Below, piece by piece: positions 57,110-64,000 of a stretch of 64,000 bases of DNA. Origin of the DNA: Rhodospirillales bacterium (GTDB taxonomy: Bacteria; Pseudomonadota; Alphaproteobacteria; SMXQ01); assembly GCA_018666775.1 (NCBI GenBank), contig JABIXC010000010.1, positions 193,079-257,078 on the forward strand, read 5' to 3'. Position numbers and translations under genes: made by a program. Each line of letters starts with the position of its first letter. Within the stretch, counting starts at the first letter, position 1. Below the pieces are notes generated by a model. It did no database searches. It was given only the letters and a program-made list of their open reading frames with translations, and was not told the DNA's origin.

Positions 57110-58608
57110 TTAGGGGCATCCTCCCGGGAAATGGCTTGGGTGATTTCATCGGCGTCAAAGAAAGGTAAAACCTGATCGCCAATGATTTGGCCGCGTTCAT
57201 GGCCTTTCCCGGCAACCACGAGAATGTCACCCGCCCCCAGTTCGGAAATGGCGGTTTGAATGGCATCATGACGATTGGCAATGACACGAATGTCGGTTTG
57301 ATCCGGCACGCCTGCAAGAATATCGCGGCGGATGGTATCGGCATTTTCGTTGCGCGGGTTGTCATCGGTGACAATAACCCGGTCCGCAGATTGGGCTGCG
57401 ATCAGCCCCATTTCAGGGCGTTTGCCACGATCCCGATCGCCGCCACAGCCAAAGACAATTGAAAGCCGGCCCGTCGCATGGGGCCGAAGGGCGGACAGGG
57501 CATTGGCCAGTGCATCGGGGGTGTGGGCATAATCAACGAAGGCAGCGCCGCCATTTTTGCGGGACCCAATCAGTTCCATGCGCCCGGGCGCGCCCACAAG
57601 ATGGGGAATGGCCCCAAGGGCAGCACTTGTTTCGCCGCCACAGGCCATGACCAGACCTAAAGCACAAGCCACGTTTTGAATTTGAAAGCCGCCCACCAGC
57701 GGCACATTGATGTCTTGGGTGGTGCCATTGATATCCAGACTGACCAATTGGCCAAGGCCCTGGGGCCGGTGGCGCATAATTTTGATATCGGTGCCGGCAA
57801 TGCCATAGCTGATGATGCGGATGCCACGATTGGTGGCAATGTCACAAAGGCGTTCAAATTCAGGAATATCGGCATTGAGAACGGCAATGCCCCCTTCTGG
57901 CAAGAGGTCCGAAAACAGCCGGGCCTTGGCCATGAAATAGTCCTGATCGGTGCCGTGATAATCCAGATGATCCCGGGTGATGTTAGTGAAGGCGGCGGCT
58001 TGCAGACGAACACCATCAAGGCGGAATTGATCAAGCCCGTGGGAGGATGCTTCCAGCGCTAAATGACTGACCCCGCGTATTGTCAGGCGCATCAAGGTGT
58101 CATGCAGGGTTACAGGATCGGGCGTGGTGAGGGTGCCCGGTTCTTCTATCTCTGGTGCGCTAATCCCGAGAGTCCCCATGGAGGCTCCGGGTAAATTCAT
58201 GTGCGCCCAGATTTGGCGAACAAAACTGGCGACGGATGTTTTGCCGTTGGTGCCGGTTACGGCGCAAATGGTATCGGGCTGTTCAGAGAAAAACCGGGCG
58301 GCCATGATGGACAGGCGCCTTCTTGGTTCTGCATCTTCAACGATCGGAATATTGCCAAGGTTTGGCAGATCGGAAATTTCAAGGGCCGTGCCTGTGGGTG
58401 CCAAGATGGCAGCGGCACCCCGGGAAAGGGCATCAGAAATGTAGCTGCGCCCATTTTCATGGTTGCCCGCACTGGGAAGGGCCGCAAACAGATTGCCGGG
58501 CTGGACCTTGCGGCTGTCTGCCGTCAAACCGGTAATCTCGACTTTTTGTACTGCTTTACTTTGTGCCAATGGGTCACCTTCGTCGTCAATAAGTTCAGAA
58601 AGAAGCAA
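57106..58608 (-). CDS. murE: UDP-N-acetylmuramoyl-L-alanyl-D-glutamate--2,6-diaminopimelate ligase
   Basis: Mur ligase (VTGTNGKTSVA) with a DAP-specific DNPR motif. Confidence 0.93.
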   Translation of the reverse strand: MLLSELIDDEGDPLAQSKAVQKVEITGLTADSRKVQPGNLFAALPSAGNHENGRSYISDALSRGAAAILAPTGTALEISDLPNLGNIPIVEDAEPRRRLSIMAARFFSEQPDTICAVTGTNGKTSVASFVRQIWAHMNLPGASMGTLGISAPEIEEPGTLTTPDPVTLHDTLMRLTIRGVSHLALEASSHGLDQFRLDGVRLQAAAFTNITRDHLDYHGTDQDYFMAKARLFSDLLPEGGIAVLNADIPEFERLCDIATNRGIRIISYGIAGTDIKIMRHRPQGLGQLVSLDINGTTQDINVPLVGGFQIQNVACALGLVMACGGETSAALGAIPHLVGAPGRMELIGSRKNGGAAFVDYAHTPDALANALSALRPHATGRLSIVFGCGGDRDRGKRPEMGLIAAQSADRVIVTDDNPRNENADTIRRDILAGVPDQTDIRVIANRHDAIQTAISELGAGDILVVAGKGHERGQIIGDQVLPFFDADEITQAISREDAPK

Positions 58609-60310
58609 GGTCTTTACCCCGTCGCCTACCAGCGATTGTCGGAATGTGAATGTTCAGGGCCTTTCGGACCTGTTTGGAATTTTCGTCTGTTGGTGCGATG
58701 CCCAACAGGGGGGCGGCGCGGGAAATAAACCGGCTGACCACCGGTGCTGTGACCCAGCCGCCCGTGGCGTAGCCATGGGTGCGGGCATTGCCATGGGGTT
58801 CATCGACCAGCGCCAGCACGACATAACGCGGCTTTGTCATGGGGAAGACGCCAACAAAAGAAGATATCAATGCTTTGGCGCGATACCCCCGGGTGCCAAT
58901 CTTTTCCGCAGTGCCGGTTTTTCCGCCAACCAGATAACCCGGCGCGCGGGCTTTTTTCCCGGTGCCGTTGGTCACCACAAGGCGTAGAAGTTTCCGCATG
59001 TTCCGCGACGTGCGGGCTTTGAGTACCCGTTCGCCTTCAACTGGTTCATGCTTCGATGATTTAAGAAGACTGGCGGGGCGTAAAATGCCGCCATTGACGA
59101 CCGATGCAACCGCCTGGGTCAACTGTACCGGGGACACGGCAATGCCATGGCCAAACGAAATTGTCATGGTGTTGATTTCGCGCCACGGCGTGGGCACCAG
59201 AGGCGCGCCAACTTCTGGAACTTCAATGCTTGCCGGGCGCAGCAGACCAAGACGAGCTAGATAATGTTTCTGGGTTTTGGTGCCCACGTCCAAGGCCATT
59301 TTTACCGAGCCGACATTGGATGAATACATGAAAATTTCAGGGACACTGAGCCAGCGCTTTTTGGAATGGAAATCGCTGATGGTGAATCGAGCAACACGGA
59401 TCGGGTTGGATGCATCATAGCCGCCGCGCATGCCGACGACGCCGCTGTCCAGTGCCATGGCGGTTGTGAAAATCTTGAATGTGGAGCCCATTTCATAGAC
59501 CCCCATCGTTGCCCGGTTGAAAAGGGCCTTGTTGGGAATGCGGTTGGGGGTGTTGGGATCAAAGTCAGGCAGCGATACCATGGCGATGACCTCGCCTGTT
59601 TGGGCATCCATCACCACGCCGGTCCCACCGACTGCACGGAACCGCATTACGGCAGCGCTTAGTTCCTGATGCAGAATGTGCTGGATGCGAATGTCAATAG
59701 ACAATTGCAGGGGCTTGGTTCTGGCGTGCAGGGTATCGTTAAATCTTTTTTCAATACCAGCGAGCCCAATCCCATCGGTGCCGGTGAAGCCCAGAAAGTG
59801 AGCGCCCAATCGGCCGTGGGGATAAACCCGGCGTTCTTCGCGTTGGAAATAGAGCCCGGGGATGCCTTCTCGGTTAACGGCATATTGCTGGCGGGGTGTC
59901 AGGTGGCGTTTAAGCCAGACAAAGCCACGATCAGAAGCAAGTTTGGTCTTTACAATGGATTTGCGCAGATCGGGTAGGGCGCGAACCAGTTTGTTGGTGG
60001 CAGCCCGGGGGTCGATCACCAAGCGCGGGTTGGCATACAGGGATGCGGTGTTAAGGGACGTTGCCAGAACGATGCCGTTGCGATCAGTGATATCGGCTTG
60101 TCCTGCGGTGAAATTCGGGCTGCGCTTGGACTGGGCCAGACGGGGCTCACCGGTGGGTTTGACGATGGCAACATCGGCCAAGCGGAACCCAATGGCGGTA
60201 AAGGCAACGGCGAAAAGAACCGCGCCTACCAGCAACCGGGTGCGCCCGGTTTCTATGGCGACCCGGTTGGCGCTATCCATTTGGGTTCTTGTTGCGACGG
60301 GCGGGATCAT
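58595..60310 (-). CDS. ftsI: peptidoglycan D,D-transpeptidase FtsI (PBP3)
   Basis: N-terminal TM, dimerisation domain and transpeptidase motifs (STFK, SSN, KTGT). Confidence 0.93.
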   Translation of the reverse strand: MIPPVATRTQMDSANRVAIETGRTRLLVGAVLFAVAFTAIGFRLADVAIVKPTGEPRLAQSKRSPNFTAGQADITDRNGIVLATSLNTASLYANPRLVIDPRAATNKLVRALPDLRKSIVKTKLASDRGFVWLKRHLTPRQQYAVNREGIPGLYFQREERRVYPHGRLGAHFLGFTGTDGIGLAGIEKRFNDTLHARTKPLQLSIDIRIQHILHQELSAAVMRFRAVGGTGVVMDAQTGEVIAMVSLPDFDPNTPNRIPNKALFNRATMGVYEMGSTFKIFTTAMALDSGVVGMRGGYDASNPIRVARFTISDFHSKKRWLSVPEIFMYSSNVGSVKMALDVGTKTQKHYLARLGLLRPASIEVPEVGAPLVPTPWREINTMTISFGHGIAVSPVQLTQAVASVVNGGILRPASLLKSSKHEPVEGERVLKARTSRNMRKLLRLVVTNGTGKKARAPGYLVGGKTGTAEKIGTRGYRAKALISSFVGVFPMTKPRYVVLALVDEPHGNARTHGYATGGWVTAPVVSRFISRAAPLLGIAPTDENSKQVRKALNIHIPTIAGRRRGKDLASF

Positions 60311-60639
60311 GGCCCCACCTTCCGGGCTTGCACAGAAGCTTCGGGAATTTGGGCCAGTTCTGCTGGACGGAAGGGCAGGGACCCAATGGTGCCAATCTGT
60401 GCCGTGGACGGGGTGGTGAGCTTGAGAAACCGTCGGCTCAGTTTCTCAAGGCGCTGAGGCCGATTGAGATAAGCCCATTCGGCGTGAAGCACGTGGGTTT
60501 GTTCTTGTTCGTTGATGATGGCGGCATTAAGCCGGTTCAGCCGATCTTCAAGGGTTTGAACTTTGTATTTGACGTGAAAGAGACCGAAGCCAACAAAGGC
60601 AGCAAGAATAATCCAGAACAGTGTGGTCCGTCCCTTCAT
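60307..60639 (-). CDS. ftsL: cell division protein FtsL
   Basis: 110 aa, single TM plus coiled coil, between rsmH and ftsI. Confidence 0.8.
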   Translation of the reverse strand: MKGRTTLFWIILAAFVGFGLFHVKYKVQTLEDRLNRLNAAIINEQEQTHVLHAEWAYLNRPQRLEKLSRRFLKLTTPSTAQIGTIGSLPFRPAELAQIPEASVQARKVGP

Positions 60640-61685
60640 GCCCCCGCCTTTCTCTTGGTGTCTTGGGGGGCGTCTTTGGGGGCCTCCAGGGGAGTATCGG
60701 TTCTGATGGCGGCGCGCAATCGTGCGGAACGGGATCGCGGATTGCTTCGGGTTTCGCCGTCCAAAGGTTTGGTTACGCCACGTTTGACGAGATGAAATGT
60801 GGGCGCGGCCTCACGCTCGGTCCCCCGGGAGGGGAGGGACGGCTGGTGGCGTGAAGGCCGCGCCTTGGAACCGCAGCGGGTAGATAAAAATGTTTTAACA
60901 CTGCGGTCCTCAAGAGAATGGAATGAAACGACGACCAAGCGCCCGCCGGGCCGGAGTAACGCCTCGGCCGATTTCAGGCCCCGGGCCAGTTCTCCTAATT
61001 CGTCGTTCACATAGATGCGAAGCGCTTGAAAGGTTCGGGTGGCGGGATCAAGGGTGGCTCGGCCGCGCCCGCCGGTGCGTTTTGAGCCGGTGCGTTTTGA
61101 AATTGTGCGCCGCACAATGTCCGCAAGGACCTGGGTCGTTTCAATGGGGGCAATGGCGCGCGCAGCAACAATGGCGCGCGCGATGGCACGGGACAGACGT
61201 TCTTCACCATATTGATAGATGACATTGGCCAGTTCTTCTTCGGCCAATGTGTTGACGGCATCAGCGGCACTGGTGCCATCGCTTCCCATGCGCATGTCCA
61301 GCGGGCCATCGCCCTGGAATGAAAACCCGCGTTCGGGGTTGTCGATCTGAAAGGAGGAAACCCCAAGATCAAGCACAATGCCATCAACACCATCGACGCC
61401 TTGGGCTTTGATCAAATTTTCCATGTCACCGAAACAGCCACCCAGAACCGTTAACCGGCCATCATAGTCGCGCGACATTTCGGCCCCACGGGCCACGGCC
61501 GTTTCATCGCGATCAATGGCCCAGACCGTACAGTCGGCAGCATCAAGAATGGCGCGGCTGTAACCCCCGCCTCCGAAGGTGCCATCGAGATAGGTTTCAC
61601 CAGCGACAGGGGCAAGGGCGCTCAGCACTTCATTGATCATGACGGGCGTATGGGTTGGGGGTGTTTGCGCGCGCATCATGGTCAT
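60636..61685 (-). CDS. rsmH: 16S rRNA (cytosine1402-N4)-methyltransferase
   Basis: MraW/RsmH family ([16 protein letters not shown]). Confidence 0.93.
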   Translation of the reverse strand: MTMMRAQTPPTHTPVMINEVLSALAPVAGETYLDGTFGGGGYSRAILDAADCTVWAIDRDETAVARGAEMSRDYDGRLTVLGGCFGDMENLIKAQGVDGVDGIVLDLGVSSFQIDNPERGFSFQGDGPLDMRMGSDGTSAADAVNTLAEEELANVIYQYGEERLSRAIARAIVAARAIAPIETTQVLADIVRRTISKRTGSKRTGGRGRATLDPATRTFQALRIYVNDELGELARGLKSAEALLRPGGRLVVVSFHSLEDRSVKTFLSTRCGSKARPSRHQPSLPSRGTEREAAPTFHLVKRGVTKPLDGETRSNPRSRSARLRAAIRTDTPLEAPKDAPQDTKRKAGA

Positions 61686-61697
61686 GACGGGATTACC

Positions 61698-62186
61698 TCA
61701 TCGATCCTTATCGCGAGATGTGTCGCGCGATGTGTCTCGGGGGGCAAGCGCCAGGGTTGCGCGTCTCTCCCGAGCCCGGACCCGGGCTTCGTTCTGATGG
61801 TCTTCAAATGCTTTTGGTTCCCAAATTTGAAACGTCGCGCCCCGGCCAACGAAAGCGGCCTGGTTTTTGATGCCTGCGTGTTCAATGAGTTGGGGGGGCA
61901 AAACGATGCGCCCATCCCCATCAATCGGGATCTGATGGGAATCGGCAAAAATGGTAGAGGCAAGGTCGTCTTGTTCTTCGGAGAACTGTTCCAGCAGGTC
62001 AACGCTTTGGGATAATTGTTCCATGCGGTCCATTGCGCAGGCTTCAATGACGGCCGCGCGGTAGGAACGGAAGGCAACAACACCCTTGAAGGATTGCCCC
62101 TTAAGGGCCGCCCTGTATGGTGCGGGGACGGAAATCCGCCCTTTTTGGTCCACCTTGTTGATAAACGTGGACAGGAACAATGCCAT
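61698..62186 (-). CDS. mraZ: division/cell wall cluster transcriptional regulator MraZ
   Basis: Duplicated SpoVT/AbrB-like MraZ domains (DQKGRISVP; DGDGRIVLP). Confidence 0.9.
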   Translation of the reverse strand: MALFLSTFINKVDQKGRISVPAPYRAALKGQSFKGVVAFRSYRAAVIEACAMDRMEQLSQSVDLLEQFSEEQDDLASTIFADSHQIPIDGDGRIVLPPQLIEHAGIKNQAAFVGRGATFQIWEPKAFEDHQNEARVRARERRATLALAPRDTSRDTSRDKDR

Positions 62187-62288
62187 CTGAATACTACCTG
62201 TCTAGTCACGATGCCCATGGAGGAATTTGTGCCCCCTTTGCACGCTGTAACGTGCGTCCCGAACGGTCCCCCTCGGACCAGCCCTTTA

Positions 62289-62338
62289 TGGGATAATCTG
62301 GGATACCATGGGATTGTATGGTCGTCAATGGGAATTCA
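62289..62338. promoter_or_regulatory. putative MraZ operator: five direct TGGGA(T/A)-type repeats at 10-bp phasing in the mraZ promoter region
   Basis: Plus strand reads TGGGATAATC TGGGATACCA TGGGATTGTA TGGTCGTCAA TGGGAATTCA, about 100-150 bp upstream of the mraZ start. MraZ is known to bind direct repeats of TGGGN spaced by 5 nt. Confidence 0.6.
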
Positions 62339-62539
62339 ATAGAATTTCGTGGTAAATAAAGGGTTAACGTGCCGTTAAGGCACCCAAATTTGGTTTGCAA
62401 TCCGCCCAGCGGTTCGCCCAGAAATTAGCCCCGATTTCTGGCCAGAGATTGGATAAACCTGTCGCTGTTGAGAATGCGAATTTTGCTGCCTTTTGGGGCG
62501 GCAATGTGTTCGGTTGATGGTTTTTTCAGGAAATTAAAG

Positions 62540-62932
<393 letters not shown>

Positions 62933-62982
62933 CGCCCTTAATGTGGGCCGGAAGGGCTAAAAGGTCAACTGTGGCGGTAAAA

Positions 62983-63696
62983 TCAGGTTTTGACGGCATT
63001 TAGCCAGTTAAGGATGGCCAAATCAGTGCTGTCGGGCGATTTATTCAGCAATTCAGGGCGAAAATGTCTGTGAAAGGCGGAAATCACGGCATTTTCCTGC
63101 CCATTTTCGATGAAATAGCCAAAATTTTCCATCTCATGGCGTAAAACATCATGATCCAAGGGTGAATTATTGGGGGAAACCATATTCTGGATAAGTGATT
63201 TTGGCGGGAAAATGCCAATGCCTTCGGCTGCCAGGGCTTGCCAGTCAAAGCGTTCGCCGGGGTCGGTCTTGCGAAGCGGTGCAATGTCGGAATGTCCAAG
63301 AACGCGGTGCGCAGCAATTGGGTGGCGCGCCAGAATGACATGGGCAAGAGAGATCAGGGCATTCATTTGGGGTTCTGGGAAATCCCGGTATCCAAATTCA
63401 TGGCCGGGGTTAACCAGCTCAATAGCAATAGAACAGGAATTGATATCCGTTTTTTCTTCCCACTGGGCAAGTCCGGCATGCCATGCGCGATTGTCTTCAT
63501 CGACCAGGGCAAAAATTTGGCCTTGTTCATCGATCATATAATGTGCGCTGACTTTGGCTGCCGGGTCGCACAGACGATGGGATGCGGCTTCAGCACTTTC
63601 CATGCCGGTGTAATGCAGGACCAGCATGTCGATTTTGGCACCGGTCGCGCGGGCATCAAAATTGGCAGAAGATTGTTGGATCATGTCAAAAGCCAT
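62983..63696 (-). CDS. N-acetylmuramoyl-L-alanine amidase, AmpD/AmiD (amidase_2) family
   Basis: Zn ligands and amidase_2 signatures (AHYMIDEQG...NRAWHAG...SIAIELVN...GHSDIAP). Confidence 0.8.
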   Translation of the reverse strand: MAFDMIQQSSANFDARATGAKIDMLVLHYTGMESAEAASHRLCDPAAKVSAHYMIDEQGQIFALVDEDNRAWHAGLAQWEEKTDINSCSIAIELVNPGHEFGYRDFPEPQMNALISLAHVILARHPIAAHRVLGHSDIAPLRKTDPGERFDWQALAAEGIGIFPPKSLIQNMVSPNNSPLDHDVLRHEMENFGYFIENGQENAVISAFHRHFRPELLNKSPDSTDLAILNWLNAVKT

Positions 63697-63770
63697 GAAG
63701 CATTTTTACCCCTGTCCTGACGTTGACGCTAGTCCCAACCTTGCCACACTCTATTCCTGGGTGATGGCGA

Positions 63771-64000
63771 TCAGTCCAGAAGCGTCCGCAGGGTTTTTGC
63801 CAGGTCTTGCCTTAGATAAGGTTTTGGCAGCAACGTGATCCCGGGTTGAACGGTATCTTCAACGGGGTTCATGCCTTCGGGGTAGCCAGAAGTGTAGAGC
63901 ACCTTAATTTCAGGCAAGAGACGCCGCGCGTGCTTTGCGACTTCGATGCCGTTGATGCCTTTGGGTAATACAACATCGGTAAACAAAAGGTCTGGGGCCG
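63771..64000 (-). CDS. response regulator receiver-domain protein, C-terminal part (gene continues past window end)
   Basis: ...PDLLFTDVVLPKGINGIEVAKHARRLLPEIKVLYTSGYPEGM... is a CheY-like REC segment containing the phospho-acceptor Asp. Confidence 0.6.
   Translation of the reverse strand, partial: APDLLFTDVVLPKGINGIEVAKHARRLLPEIKVLYTSGYPEGMNPVEDTVQPGITLLPKPYLRQDLAKTLRTLLD

Overview
This window is a chromosomal segment of an alphaproteobacterium, probably a Rhodospirillales-like organism with about 55% GC. The first 9 kb hold a partial carA, yqeY, the macromolecular-synthesis pair dnaG-rpoD, and a tripartite tricarboxylate transporter (TctC plus a fused TctA-TctB permease). A tRNA-Met follows at 9400..9475. 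Downstream of it lies a looser, accessory-looking block from about 9.5 to 17 kb: a VOC/glyoxalase protein, a single-domain MetE-like Zn methyltransferase, two uncharacterized genes (a Cys-rich 193-aa protein and a 240-aa cupin/2OG-oxygenase-like protein) preceded by a LuxR-type response regulator, a soluble chemoreceptor with three tandem PAS repeats, and a signal-peptide-less TAXI-like binding protein. Housekeeping genes then resume: ettA, mlaC/mlaA, the SahR-metF-metH methionine module, a GNAT, thiC with its TPP riboswitch, a ClC channel, uvrD, prmA, pepP. From 37.6 to 62.2 kb, all on the minus strand, sits a complete dcw cell-division/cell-wall cluster (mraZ-rsmH-ftsL-ftsI-murE-murF-mraY-murD-ftsW-murG-murC-murB-ddl-ftsQ-ftsA-ftsZ) extended by lpxC-bamD-recN-ligA. 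Upstream of mraZ I find 10-bp-phased TGGGA MraZ-box repeats, a clear unlisted RNase P RNA gene (rnpB, minus strand, about 62540..62932), an AmpD-like amidase and a partial response regulator. There is no CRISPR array, integrase, transposase or recognizable defence system. The most novel-looking items are the Cys-rich/oxygenase-like pair at 11.2-12.5 kb, the histone-H1-like lysine-rich N-terminal extension and tandem micro-repeats inside rpoD, the poly-lysine tail on TctC and the TctA-TctB fusion, and an AT-rich non-coding islet flanked by two small hypothetical ORFs at 34.5-35.6 kb.
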